A program made the position numbers and the translations under genes. A stretch of 64,000 bases of DNA from Phototrophicaceae bacterium (GTDB lineage Bacteria > Chloroflexota > Anaerolineae > Aggregatilineales > Phototrophicaceae): the NCBI GenBank assembly GCA_965261805.1, contig OZ253483.1:328187-392186 (forward strand), in the 5' to 3' direction. The notes under the pieces are model-generated. The model saw only the letters and a list, made by a program, of their open reading frames with translations. It was not told the DNA's origin and did no database searches. This document shows, piece by piece, positions 39,386-48,560 of the stretch. Position 1 is the first letter of the stretch; every line of letters begins with the position of its first letter.

Positions 39386-40869
39386 CTCGCAATCTTATTC
39401 CGCTGCTTATTATGCTCGCGCTGTTGGCAACTGCGCCGATTTCCGCTCAGGACATAAGTTCGCATTACGAAGTGAGCGATTGCCCGGAAATCGCGTTCTG
39501 GATGGCGTATGACGAGATCGACGCGGTCAGCTGCGGAGTTCTGCATGTGCCGGCAGACCGTGCAATGGGCGCGGACAGTCCGATGCTGCAGTTGTTTGTG
39601 CTGCGGCTGGCGGCGCTGCATGATCGGGGCAATGCGCCGGTCGTTTATCTGGAAGGCGGACCGGGCGGCGCGGCATCGGCATCTCTGGAAGATTTGCTTG
39701 GCTCGGCGCTGCGAACCGAGTACGAGCTCATCTTGATCGACCAACGGGGTACAGGCTTGTCCCTGCCGTCGTTAAACTGCCCGGAAGAGGATGAAGCGAC
39801 AAACGAAGACCCGCTGGCGGCATGCCGGGCGCGTCTGGTGGCGGCTGGCATCGACCTGGCGGATTTCAACACGACTGCCAATGCGCATGATGTGCAAGAT
39901 CTGCTCGCTGCGCTGGACATGCCCGCCGCCAATGTTTATGGCATATCGTATGGCACGCGGCTGGCGCTGACATTGGCGCGGGATTTTCCCCAGCGGCTGC
40001 GCGCGATAATCCTGGATGGCATCTATCCGCCCCAAGCCCAGGCGCTGACCGTCCAGGCAGCCAATGGCAGCCTCGCTTTTGAGCGGATGTTTGCCGATTG
40101 CGCCGCCAGCCCGGCGTGCAGCCAGGCTTATCCCGATTTGCGCGACAGCTTCCACCATGTCATCGACGCGCTCAGTAAAGAGCCGGCCGACATAGTCGAT
40201 CTGCAGAGCGGCGAACCGACCTGGATGGACGGCGAAGTCTGGGTCAACTTTGTATTCGGTTTGTTGTACGACACGAGCCTGCTGCCTTGGCTGCCGGCGA
40301 TGATCAGCGCCCATGCCGCTGGCGAATATGGCTACGAATCGCCTATGCCGGACGAAATGCTGCCAGCGGACGAAGCGGAACTGGACGACACGCCGCTGCC
40401 CGACTTCCTCTTGAATTATGATGACGACAGCGAGGGCATGTATTACAGCGTCATCTGCGCCGAAGATGTCCCGTTCGACCGCGCTGACGATGTGATCGCG
40501 GCGGGCGCGCAACTGCCGCCTCGCATCGATGCCGCGCTGACCAAAGCGTCTCTGCAGGCATTTGACGATTGCCGCGTTTGGGATGTGCCAGCAGCCGATG
40601 CGAGCCAGAAGCTGCCGGTCGTCAGCGATATCCCGACTTTGCTGTTTTCCGGCGCCTACGACCCGATAACGCCGCCAGCCTGGGCAGAAGCCGCCGCGCA
40701 AAGTTTGAGCGCCAGCTGGCATGTTGTCTTCCCGGCTGTCGGTCATGGCGTGTTGGGCAGCAGTGATTGCGCCGATCAGGTAGCGCGGTCCTTTTTGAGA
40801 CAGCCGACAGCGCAACCCGATGACAGCTGCGTCGAAGCGCTGGGACCGCCCGACTTCCAAAGCGAATGA
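39355..40869 (+). CDS. Secreted alpha/beta hydrolase, tripeptidyl-aminopeptidase (TAP)-like; start uncertain
   Basis: Signal-like N-terminus ...TRNLIPLLIMLALLATAPISAQD; GISYG nucleophile elbow; C-terminal LLFSGAYDPITPP...VGHGVL as in TAP-type peptidases. Listed start 39355 is TTG, first ATG is 39412. Confidence 0.7.
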   Translation: MYPDFRQPIITRNLIPLLIMLALLATAPISAQDISSHYEVSDCPEIAFWMAYDEIDAVSCGVLHVPADRAMGADSPMLQLFVLRLAALHDRGNAPVVYLEGGPGGAASASLEDLLGSALRTEYELILIDQRGTGLSLPSLNCPEEDEATNEDPLAACRARLVAAGIDLADFNTTANAHDVQDLLAALDMPAANVYGISYGTRLALTLARDFPQRLRAIILDGIYPPQAQALTVQAANGSLAFERMFADCAASPACSQAYPDLRDSFHHVIDALSKEPADIVDLQSGEPTWMDGEVWVNFVFGLLYDTSLLPWLPAMISAHAAGEYGYESPMPDEMLPADEAELDDTPLPDFLLNYDDDSEGMYYSVICAEDVPFDRADDVIAAGAQLPPRIDAALTKASLQAFDDCRVWDVPAADASQKLPVVSDIPTLLFSGAYDPITPPAWAEAAAQSLSASWHVVFPAVGHGVLGSSDCADQVARSFLRQPTAQPDDSCVEALGPPDFQSE

Positions 40870-40896
40870 CGATTCTGCATGTGGCAAAAGTTGTCC

Positions 40897-40925
40897 TTTA
40901 CCTGCGTGCGGGTCTGTGCTACACT
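40897..40925 (+). promoter_or_regulatory. Candidate sigma70 promoter for rpmJ-rpsM-rpsK-rpoA-rplQ
   Basis: TTTACC (40897-40902), 17-nt spacer, TACACT (40920-40925). Confidence 0.4.
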
Positions 40926-41003
40926 GCTCTTTCGTTGTCAGTGCGCCAAGTGGCAGACTGGTTCGCGCCAGTGTGAAACGAGCCGAATACTGAGGGACAG
41001 CCA

Positions 41004-41117
41004 ATGAAAGTATCAGCCAGCGTCAGGCGGCGCTGCCCAAAATGTCGTGTCATCAAGCGCAAGCGCCGCGTCATGATTATCTGTGAAAATCCCAAGCACA
41101 AGCAGAGGCAGGGCTAG
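41004..41117 (+). CDS. rpmJ: 50S ribosomal protein L36 (37 aa; below the ORF-track cutoff)
   Basis: Hand translation [37 protein letters not shown]-stop; GAGGGA SD upstream. Confidence 0.93.
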   Translation: MKVSASVRRRCPKCRVIKRKRRVMIICENPKHKQRQG

Positions 41118-41128
41118 GAGACGCATCC

Positions 41129-41515
41129 ATGGCGAGAATCGAAGGTGTAGACCTGCCGCGCGACAAACGCGTCGTCATCGGTTTGACCTATATCTATGGC
41201 ATCGGCAGATCGACAAGCCAGCGCCTGTTGGACAGCGCCGACATCAATCACAGCACGCGCGTGCGCGATCTCAGCGAAAGCGAAGTGCAACGTTTGCGTG
41301 AATTGATCGGCGGCTTGACAACCGAAGGCGACCTGCGCCGGCAGACTCAGCTCAATATCAAGCGCCTGATGGAGATCAACTCCTATCGCGGCTTGCGGCA
41401 TCGGCGGCGTTTGCCTGTGCGGGGCCAACGGACGCGCACCAACGGACGCACGCGGCGCGGCAAGAAGCAAACAGTCGCAGGGCGTGGACGGCGGCGCGGG
41501 GCAACCAAAAAGTAG
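41129..41515 (+). CDS. rpsM: 30S ribosomal protein S13
   Basis: [30 protein letters not shown]...[21 protein letters not shown]. Confidence 0.95.
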   Translation: MARIEGVDLPRDKRVVIGLTYIYGIGRSTSQRLLDSADINHSTRVRDLSESEVQRLRELIGGLTTEGDLRRQTQLNIKRLMEINSYRGLRHRRRLPVRGQRTRTNGRTRRGKKQTVAGRGRRRGATKK

Positions 41516-41636
41516 CATCATGGCGCGCGCTTCATCGTGCGGCAGCCGGCTATTTGCGCGCTTTTGGCACGCGGGCGGCTGGCACACGCTGAAAGACGAA
41601 CCGGACGAGTAATGATTAGGCAACTGGAGCAGCTGC

Positions 41637-42035
41637 ATGGCAAGAGCGAGAAGAGCCAGTCGTAGCGCTGGCCGGCGGGTTTACAAGAACATACCGTATG
41701 GACAGGCGCATATCTATGCGACATTCAACAACACCATCGTTTCCATGACCGACCAGTCCGGGAATGTCATCACCTGGGCGAGCGCTGGCACATCCGGGTT
41801 CACTGGCAGCCGCAAAAATACGCCTTATGCCGCGCGCATGGCCGCAGAAACAGCCGCGAGCAACTCGCAGCAGCATGGCATGAAAGAGGTTGATATCTTC
41901 GTGAAAGGACCGGGGCCGGGCCGCGAAGCAGCGATCCGTTCTATCCAGCAGAGCGGCTTGAAAGTGCGCTCTATAAGCGATGTGACTCCCGTGCCGCACA
42001 ATGGCGTGCGGCCTCCCAAACGTCGGCGCGTTTAG
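41637..42035 (+). CDS. rpsK: 30S ribosomal protein S11
   Basis: ...[41 protein letters not shown]...[18 protein letters not shown]. Confidence 0.95.
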   Translation: MARARRASRSAGRRVYKNIPYGQAHIYATFNNTIVSMTDQSGNVITWASAGTSGFTGSRKNTPYAARMAAETAASNSQQHGMKEVDIFVKGPGPGREAAIRSIQQSGLKVRSISDVTPVPHNGVRPPKRRRV

Positions 42036-42125
42036 TCGAAAGGCATTAACGACCCTATGGTGTTTCCTGCAACTTCGCCAGATTTCGGACCGGCTGTAGC
42101 AGAGGCGAACTCTGTAACCGCCAAT

Positions 42126-43076
42126 ATGGTGCTGCCGCATCAAGTCGAGTGCGAATACCCCACGCGCGATTATGGACGCTTCGTCATTGGCCCCCTGGAA
42201 AGCGGCTATGGCTTGACGCTGGGCAATGGGCTGCGGCGCGTTTTGCTGTCTTCGCTGCCCGGCGCATCAATAACCAGCGTGCGCGTCTCTGATGTGCATC
42301 ACGAATTTTCCAGAATCTCCGGCGTGCGCGAAGATATGACGCAGCTCATCTTGCAGCTCAAGCAGTTGCGACTGGTGCTGCACGGCGTCGAAAGCTCGCG
42401 CATGCGGCTGGAATATCGTGGCGCGGAAGGCACCGTGACAGCCGCTGACATCGCTGCGCCGCCCGAAGTGCAAATCGAAAACCCCAGCCTCTATCTGTTC
42501 ACGGTGGATGACCGCGATGCCCACATCGAAATGGAATTTGAGGTGAGCAGCGGGCGCGGCTTCAGCCCGGCCGAAGATCGCGGACGATTGCCAATCGGCG
42601 AACTGCCCGTTGACGCCGTCTTCAGCCCCATAAAGCGCGTGAACTTCGAGGTCGAGCGGGCTCGCGTCGGGCAGCGCACCAACTATGACCGCCTGGTGCT
42701 GGAGCTTTGGACTGACGGCACCATCCGCCCGCAAGAAGCATTGGCGCAATCGGCCCAGATCATGATGCACCACCTCAAGGTCATCGCTGGCGTGGACGAA
42801 GAATGGTTCCAGGCGATTGAACTGCCCGCGCCTGCCGAAGACGAACCGACCTATCCGCGACTCTATGACAAGCCGATAGAAGAGCTGGACTTGAGCGTGC
42901 GCGTTTTCAATTCGCTCAAGCGCACCGGCATCACTTCGGTGGGCGATGTGCTGGATATGCTGCACCGCGGACCAGATGCCATGCTCGCCATCCGCAACTT
43001 CGGCGAAAAGTCGCTGGACGAGCTCACCGAAAAGCTGGCGGAAAAGAATTATTGGCCCCTCGACAGAGCGGAATAA
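42126..43076 (+). CDS. rpoA: DNA-directed RNA polymerase subunit alpha (alternative upstream ATG at 42057)
   Basis: ...YGRFVIGPLESGYGLTLGNGLRRVLLSSLPGASITSVRV...; C-terminal ELDLSVRVFNSLKRTGITSVGDV alpha-CTD motif. Confidence 0.92.
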   Translation: MVLPHQVECEYPTRDYGRFVIGPLESGYGLTLGNGLRRVLLSSLPGASITSVRVSDVHHEFSRISGVREDMTQLILQLKQLRLVLHGVESSRMRLEYRGAEGTVTAADIAAPPEVQIENPSLYLFTVDDRDAHIEMEFEVSSGRGFSPAEDRGRLPIGELPVDAVFSPIKRVNFEVERARVGQRTNYDRLVLELWTDGTIRPQEALAQSAQIMMHHLKVIAGVDEEWFQAIELPAPAEDEPTYPRLYDKPIEELDLSVRVFNSLKRTGITSVGDVLDMLHRGPDAMLAIRNFGEKSLDELTEKLAEKNYWPLDRAE

Positions 43077-43097
43077 ACGACTAGCGAGGCGCAGGAC

Positions 43098-43505
43098 ATG
43101 CGACACCGACACCACGGCAAGAAGCTCAACCGCAGCAGCAGCCACCGCAAAGCGCTGCGCATGAATCTGGCTACCGAGCTGCTGAAGCGCGGACGCATCC
43201 GCACGACCTTTCACAAAGCCAAGTTTGTGCAAGGGCATGCCGAGCGGCTGATCACTATTGCCAAACGAGGGCTTGCGAAGGCAGAAGCGCGCGGCGATGA
43301 GCTCATTGCTGTACATGCGCGCCGCCAGGTCGCTCGCCGGCTGAACAACGACCGCGTGCTGGTCGGCAAGGTGTTTGACGAGCTCGCGCCTTTGTATGCC
43401 GATCGTCCCGGCGGCTACACGCGCATATTGAAGCTGGGACCGCGCAAAGGCGACAATGCCGAAATGGCTTTGATCGAGCTGGTTGATTACGAAGACGAGG
43501 ATTGA
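43098..43505 (+). CDS. rplQ: 50S ribosomal protein L17
   Basis: MRHRHHGKKLNRSSSHRKALRMNLATELL...GGYTRILKLGPRKGD. Confidence 0.95.
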   Translation: MRHRHHGKKLNRSSSHRKALRMNLATELLKRGRIRTTFHKAKFVQGHAERLITIAKRGLAKAEARGDELIAVHARRQVARRLNNDRVLVGKVFDELAPLYADRPGGYTRILKLGPRKGDNAEMALIELVDYEDED

Positions 43506-43519
43506 GCTATCGACAGTTG

Positions 43520-44347
43520 ATGACCCGTTTCGGCGCGCTCCTTGCCTATGACGGCACCGCCTATCAAGGCTTCCAGCGACAGCCCGCGCCAACGCCAACC
43601 ATCCAGGCAGCGGTAGAAGCGGCGCTGGGGGCGGTATGTGGGCGAGATGTCGCGATTGTGGCGGCGGGACGAACCGATGCAGGCGTGCACGCGGCCGGGC
43701 AAGTTATCGCCTTTGACATCGCTTGGCGGCACAGCGAACCTGAATTGCAGCGAGCGGTCAATTCGCAGTTGCCATTGGATATCGCATTGCAAAGCTGCTG
43801 GCGCGCGCCGGGTTTTCATCCGCGATACGATGCGCTTTGGCGGCAATATGCCTACCGCATCAGGACGCTGGCAGCGCGCAATCCCTTGACGGCGCGATAC
43901 GAATGGCAGTTAGCTGGCGTGGAGCTGGACAGGGCGGAGATGCAAGCAGCGGCGGAACAATGCCTGGGCGAGCGCGACTTCGCCGCCTTTGGCACGCCAC
44001 CGCAAGCTGGCAGCCGCAATACCATCCGCCGGGTTTTTGAGTCGCGCTGGTGTGAAGCGGAAGGGGAATATGGCGAAACCTGCACCTATCGCATCCGCGG
44101 CACGGCATTCTTGTATCACATGGTGCGCCGTTTGGTCGGGATGATGGTGATGGTGGGCAGGGGCAGACTGAGCGCGGACGAATTCGCGGAGATCTTGCGC
44201 AGCCGCGATCTGCAGCGAGCCAAGCGCCTGGCACCGCCACAGGGTTTGACGCTGGAGAGAGTGGGTTATCCGCCCGGAATTTGGGAAGCAGCAAAGGGCG
44301 AAAGCGCGACAGGCAGAGCCGGCGCAGCGCTGGAGGAACAACAATGA
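43520..44347 (+). CDS. truA: tRNA pseudouridine(38-40) synthase TruA (listed TTG start at 43502 also possible)
   Basis: [21 protein letters not shown]..., [16 protein letters not shown] catalytic Asp motif. Confidence 0.9.
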   Translation: MTRFGALLAYDGTAYQGFQRQPAPTPTIQAAVEAALGAVCGRDVAIVAAGRTDAGVHAAGQVIAFDIAWRHSEPELQRAVNSQLPLDIALQSCWRAPGFHPRYDALWRQYAYRIRTLAARNPLTARYEWQLAGVELDRAEMQAAAEQCLGERDFAAFGTPPQAGSRNTIRRVFESRWCEAEGEYGETCTYRIRGTAFLYHMVRRLVGMMVMVGRGRLSADEFAEILRSRDLQRAKRLAPPQGLTLERVGYPPGIWEAAKGESATGRAGAALEEQQ

Positions 44348-44787
44348 GGCAAGCAATACAGAAGACTACTGCGACAACGCCTGCTGATATTGAGCGGAGC
44401 TGGTTCGTGATCGACGCCCAGGGCATGACGCTCGGCCGCCTGGCATCCAAAGTGGCGCCGATCTTGCGCGGCAAGCACAAGCCCTACTTCACTTCGCATT
44501 TGGATACCGGCGATTATGTCATCATCGTCAACGCCGACAAAATCCATGTCACTGGCAAGCGACTCGACCAGAAGATCTATTATCGCCACACTGGCTATCC
44601 CGGCGGCTTGAAACAAATGACCCTGCGCGAGATGATGAGCCGCTTCCCCACGCGCGCGCTGCAATACGCCATCAAAGGCATGCTGCCCAAGGGTCCGCTG
44701 GGCAGGCAAATGGTTCGCAAACTCAAGATTTACGCGGGTGCCGACCATCCGCATCAGGCTCAGCAGCCACAAGCGCTCGAGCTCTAG
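44344..44787 (+). CDS. rplM: 50S ribosomal protein L13
   Basis: ...[48 protein letters not shown]...; ATGA overlap with truA. Confidence 0.95.
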   Translation: MRQAIQKTTATTPADIERSWFVIDAQGMTLGRLASKVAPILRGKHKPYFTSHLDTGDYVIIVNADKIHVTGKRLDQKIYYRHTGYPGGLKQMTLREMMSRFPTRALQYAIKGMLPKGPLGRQMVRKLKIYAGADHPHQAQQPQALEL

Positions 44788-44808
44788 GCGAGCGGCAAGG
44801 AGAACAGC

Positions 44809-45204
44809 ATGTCAGCACAATATTACGAAGGCATCGGACGGCGCAAATCGGCATCGGCGCGCGTGCGGCTATTCCCGGGCGGCACAGGTCGTTTCATCAT
44901 CAATGGCAAAGCAGGCGAAGATTACTTGCCGCGCTTTGGCGATATGCTGGTTTGCCTGGCACCCCTCACGCATATCGGGCAAGAGCGCAGCTATGATGTC
45001 TCCGTGCATGTCAATGGCGGCGGCATCACCGGGCAACGAGACGCCATCTTGCTGGGCGTGGCGCGCGCGCTGGAAAAGATCGACCCCGATCTGCGCGGCA
45101 CCCTGAAGCGCGAGGGCTTCCTTTCGCGTGATGCCCGCGCCAAAGAACGCAAGAAACCCGGCTTGAAGCGCGCCCGCAAAGCGCCCACCTATACCAAGCG
45201 CTAG
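44809..45204 (+). CDS. rpsI: 30S ribosomal protein S9
   Basis: ...YYEGIGRRKSASARVRLFPG.G...GGGITGQRDAILLGVARAL...RDARAKERKKPGLKRARKAPTYTKR. Confidence 0.95.
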   Translation: MSAQYYEGIGRRKSASARVRLFPGGTGRFIINGKAGEDYLPRFGDMLVCLAPLTHIGQERSYDVSVHVNGGGITGQRDAILLGVARALEKIDPDLRGTLKREGFLSRDARAKERKKPGLKRARKAPTYTKR

Positions 45205-45229
45205 CTCGCCGGCGCAGACGCCGAATCCA

Positions 45230-46723
45230 TTGGCGGTAAAAAAGGACTGCGTCATCTTCAGCAGCGCCAAAATCACCATTGTCGGCTTGGGTCCTGGCTC
45301 TCCCGAGTTGTTGACCCGTCGTGCTTGGCGCGCCCTGCAAGACGCCGACACGCTCTATCTGCGCACCAACAGCCATCCTGCCGTCCCCGAGCTGCCATGC
45401 ACGGGGCAGTGCATCAGCTTTGACGACATCTACGCGGCATACGACCGCTTCGAAGATGTCTATGACCAGATCACGACGCGCCTGCTGGATGTTGTGCGGC
45501 GCGGCGAATCGGCGGTCTATGCTGTGCCCGGCGACCCGCTGGTGGGCGAAGCGACCGTCGCGCGCCTGTTGACCCTGGCTGCCCAGGAGAATCTGCAAGT
45601 CGAGATTATTCACGGCGTCAGTTTCATCGAGCCCTGTCTGGCCATGTTGGGGATAGATGCGCTGGATGGCTTGCAAGTCCTGGACGCGCTGGAAATCGCC
45701 GAAGCCTATCATCCGCCGATCAACCCAGCCCTGCCGGCGCTGTTGGCGCAAGTCTACAGCCGCGGGGTCGCTTCCAATCTCAAGCTGACCCTGATGAACC
45801 AGTACCCTGACACTTTTTCGGTCAAGTTGCTGCATGGTGCCGGCACAGACGAAGCGCTGGTGGAGGCGCTGCCCTTGTACGAGATCGACCGCAGCCCGTA
45901 TATCGGCATTATGACCGCCCTATTTTTGCCGCAGTTGGACGAGTTCAGCAGCTTTTCGGCTTTGCAGAATATCATCGCTCATCTGCGCTCGCCCGTCGGT
46001 TGTCCGTGGGACCGGGAGCAGACGCACCAGTCGCTGCGCCCCTTTTTGATCGAAGAAGCCTACGAAGTGCTGGAGACCTTGGACGCCGATGATCCCGCTG
46101 CTCTGTGCGAAGAACTGGGCGACCTGCTGCTGCAAATCGTGCTGCATGCGCAAATCGCGGCGGATGATGGCGAATTCCAGATGGCGGATGTGCTGCGACA
46201 GCTCAACCAGAAGATGATTCGCCGACACCCGCATGTCTATGCCGATGCCGATGTGGCGGGCGACAGCGACGCAGTCACGCGCAATTGGGAAGACATCAAG
46301 CGCACAGAAAAAGCCGCGCGTGATGACGCCAGCCGCTCCATTCTCGATGGCATCCCCAGGCTGGCGCCGGCGCTGCTGGTGGCACATCGTTATTCGGCGC
46401 GCGTTGCAAAGATCGGTTTTGATTGGGAAGATGCCCAGGGCGTCATTGAAAAAGCACGCGAAGAATGGGGCGAAGTCTTTGCCGCCGAAAGCGATGAGGC
46501 GCGCGCGCTCGAAATCGGCGATCTGATCTTTGTGCTGGTGAATTGGCTGCGCTGGCTGGGCGTGGACGATCCCGAAAGCCTCATGCGCTCGATCAACGAC
46601 AAGTTCTACAAGCGCTTCAGCTATGTCGAAGCGCAAACGCTGGCTCATGGGATGTCGCTCTCGGACATGTCGCTCGATCAGTTGGAAGCCTGGTGGCAGG
46701 AAGCCAAGCAACTGGAGAACTGA
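45230..46723 (+). CDS. YabN-like fusion: tetrapyrrole-methylase-fold domain + MazG NTP pyrophosphohydrolase
   Basis: N-terminus ITIVGLGPGSPELLTRRAWRALQDADTLYLRT; C-terminus two MazG repeats (EEAYEVLETLD...ELGDLLLQIVLHAQIA; EEWGEV...EIGDLIFVLVNW); TTG start. Confidence 0.8.
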   Translation: MAVKKDCVIFSSAKITIVGLGPGSPELLTRRAWRALQDADTLYLRTNSHPAVPELPCTGQCISFDDIYAAYDRFEDVYDQITTRLLDVVRRGESAVYAVPGDPLVGEATVARLLTLAAQENLQVEIIHGVSFIEPCLAMLGIDALDGLQVLDALEIAEAYHPPINPALPALLAQVYSRGVASNLKLTLMNQYPDTFSVKLLHGAGTDEALVEALPLYEIDRSPYIGIMTALFLPQLDEFSSFSALQNIIAHLRSPVGCPWDREQTHQSLRPFLIEEAYEVLETLDADDPAALCEELGDLLLQIVLHAQIAADDGEFQMADVLRQLNQKMIRRHPHVYADADVAGDSDAVTRNWEDIKRTEKAARDDASRSILDGIPRLAPALLVAHRYSARVAKIGFDWEDAQGVIEKAREEWGEVFAAESDEARALEIGDLIFVLVNWLRWLGVDDPESLMRSINDKFYKRFSYVEAQTLAHGMSLSDMSLDQLEAWWQEAKQLEN

Positions 46724-46939
46724 TGTCGGCGCAGATGCTGCTGGAAGGGCGGTTGTCGATCCAGGCGGCGACGCGGCAACGTGGCAGTTGTGGGCGAGCG
46801 CCGCGGACTGACCCGTTCTGTGCTGCAGCGCGCCGATATACAGTTGCGCATCCCCTATGGGCGCGAGTTTGCTGGCTCGCTGGGCACAATCAGCGCAGCC
46901 GCCATCATCGCCTTTGAAGTCATGCGCCAACGCAGCTGA
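46723..46939 (+). pseudogene. Remnant of a SpoU/TrmH-family RNA 2'-O-methyltransferase with a large internal deletion
   Basis: ATG 46723 overlaps the preceding stop (TGATG) and reads MSAQMLLEGRLSIQAA. A different frame reads ...GNVAVVGERRGLTRSVLQRADIQLRIPYGREFAGSLGTISAAAIIAFEVMRQRS-stop (46937-46939), i.e. SpoU motifs 2 and 3 only. Confidence 0.55.
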
Positions 46940-46971
46940 GCCGCCTGCGCCTGTCGCATTCTGGCAAGCTC

Positions 46972-46980
46972 TGCTAGTAT
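46972..46980 (+). promoter_or_regulatory. Candidate extended -10 promoter upstream of the nucleotidyltransferase gene
   Basis: TGCTAGTAT (TGn + TAGTAT) about 40 nt upstream of ATG 47021; no good -35. Confidence 0.3.
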
Positions 46981-47020
46981 GCTGGCAGAATCGCGACCAG
47001 CGAAAACAGGGAGATATTCG

Positions 47021-48094
47021 ATGAAGGCGCTCATTCTTGCGGCGGGGCAGGGCACGCGCCTGCGCCCTGTCACCTTGACTATGCCCAAGTCGCTGGTGCC
47101 GGTCGCCAATCGCTGGCTGATCAGTTATGCCATAGACGCGCTCAAAAAAGCCGACTTGATTGATATTGGCATTGTGGTCAACAGCCTGGATTCGCCGATC
47201 GTCTCCAACCTGGGCGATGGCAGCGGACTGGGTGTGCATATCAGCTATATCGTCCAGGACGAGCAGCGCGGTCTGGCGCATGCGACGGCGCTATGCCAGG
47301 AATTCGTCGGCGATGAGCCATTCACTGTCTTCCTGGGCGACAATATCTTCCAGGACAAAATGACCAGCCTGCTGACCGGTTTTGCCGAATCGGACAACGA
47401 AGCCGCCGTGGTCTTGGGCAAAGTGCCCGATCCGACGCGCTTTGGCATCGCCGAGATCGAAAACGGGCGCATTGTGCGCGTGGTCGAAAAACCGCAGCAG
47501 CCGCTGTCCAACCTGGCGATCGCTGGTGTTTATCTCTTCCGCCCCTCCGTCTTCGATGCCATCAAGCGCATCAAGCCATCGGGACGCAACGAACTGGAAA
47601 TCACGGATGCCATCCAGGTGCTCATCAGCGATGGCCACCCGGTTCAGTCCTATGAATTGAACGGCTGGTGGATCGACGCCGGCAAGCCAGATGCCATCAT
47701 CATGGCGAACCAGTTGGTGTTGGAAGGACTGCCCTATATGCCCGCGCCCGAAAACAGCGACCAGATCGAGGGCGACAGCGAAGTTTCTCACCGAGTTCTG
47801 ATCGGTCGCAACAGCCGCATCATCAACAGCGTCGTCCGCGGTCCGGTCATCATCGGCACCGACACGGTCATCAGCGACAGCTATGTCGGTCCCTATACAT
47901 CGCTGGGCGACAATGTGGTGGTTGCTGGCAGCGAGATAGAAGCCAGCATCGTGATGAAGAATTGCGAGATTCGCAACATCATCGGGCGCATCGACCGCAG
48001 CCTGCTGGCCGACAACGCGCGCGTATTCGCCGCCACGCATATGCCCGACGCCCATCGCTTCGTGCTGGCAGAAAACAGCTATGTGCAATTCTAG
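47021..48094 (+). CDS. Sugar-1-phosphate nucleotidyltransferase with C-terminal left-handed beta-helix domain
   Basis: MKALILAAGQGTRLRPVTLTMPKSLVPV signature; C-terminal hexapeptide repeats (IGRNSRIINSVVRGPVIIGTDTVISDSYVG...); GGGAG SD. Confidence 0.8.
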   Translation: MKALILAAGQGTRLRPVTLTMPKSLVPVANRWLISYAIDALKKADLIDIGIVVNSLDSPIVSNLGDGSGLGVHISYIVQDEQRGLAHATALCQEFVGDEPFTVFLGDNIFQDKMTSLLTGFAESDNEAAVVLGKVPDPTRFGIAEIENGRIVRVVEKPQQPLSNLAIAGVYLFRPSVFDAIKRIKPSGRNELEITDAIQVLISDGHPVQSYELNGWWIDAGKPDAIIMANQLVLEGLPYMPAPENSDQIEGDSEVSHRVLIGRNSRIINSVVRGPVIIGTDTVISDSYVGPYTSLGDNVVVAGSEIEASIVMKNCEIRNIIGRIDRSLLADNARVFAATHMPDAHRFVLAENSYVQF

Positions 48095-48113
48095 GCTGCG
48101 CGAGCCGCTGCCG

Positions 48114-48560
48114 TTACTGCAAAGGACGCGGCGGCAACAGGTTATGCGCCTGCAAATAGGTTTCGGGCGGTCCCTGCCAGCCATAGCGCTGCAGATCGAC
48201 CTTGCCGCCGCGATCAAATCGCACGCCTTCGCCCTCCAGCAGTCGCCTCTGTTCGGAGGCTTGTGGGCTGCCCGGCGGAAAGCTGATGCGCCCCTGGCTG
48301 TTGATGACGCGCTGCCAGGGTATCGCTATGCCTCGCGGCGATTTGCGCATTGCCGTGCCCACCCAGCGTGGCGCAAGCCGGCGCATGGTTTCTGGATCGT
48401 CATAAGCGGCGGGCGGCAGCATAGAAGCGATCTGGCCATAGCTGCTGACTCTGCCCGGCGGGATCTGCCGCACTATATCCCGGACTGTGGCGAAGAAAAC
48501 TTGAGGATTAGGTGGGTTGAACATGATGCGCTTGAGCGGGCTGACCATTGCGACAACCAA
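48114..48560 (-). CDS. Alkyltransferase-like (ATL) protein: MGMT DNA-binding domain without the acceptor cysteine; start uncertain (48560 TTG, 48548 or 48524 ATG)
   Basis: VRDIVRQIPPGRVSSYGQIA helix-turn-helix region and IPWQRVINSQGRIS (48309-48320) in place of the canonical PCHRV active site. Confidence 0.65.
   Translation of the reverse strand: MVVAMVSPLKRIMFNPPNPQVFFATVRDIVRQIPPGRVSSYGQIASMLPPAAYDDPETMRRLAPRWVGTAMRKSPRGIAIPWQRVINSQGRISFPPGSPQASEQRRLLEGEGVRFDRGGKVDLQRYGWQGPPETYLQAHNLLPPRPLQ

Noticed and set aside
41520-41612. 30-codon ORF (MARASSCGSRLFARFWHAGGWHTLKDEPDE) in the rpsM-rpsK spacer
   Set aside because: No SD, no hydrophobic or otherwise structured character, and no overlap coupling. 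It is more likely an untranslated structured spacer.
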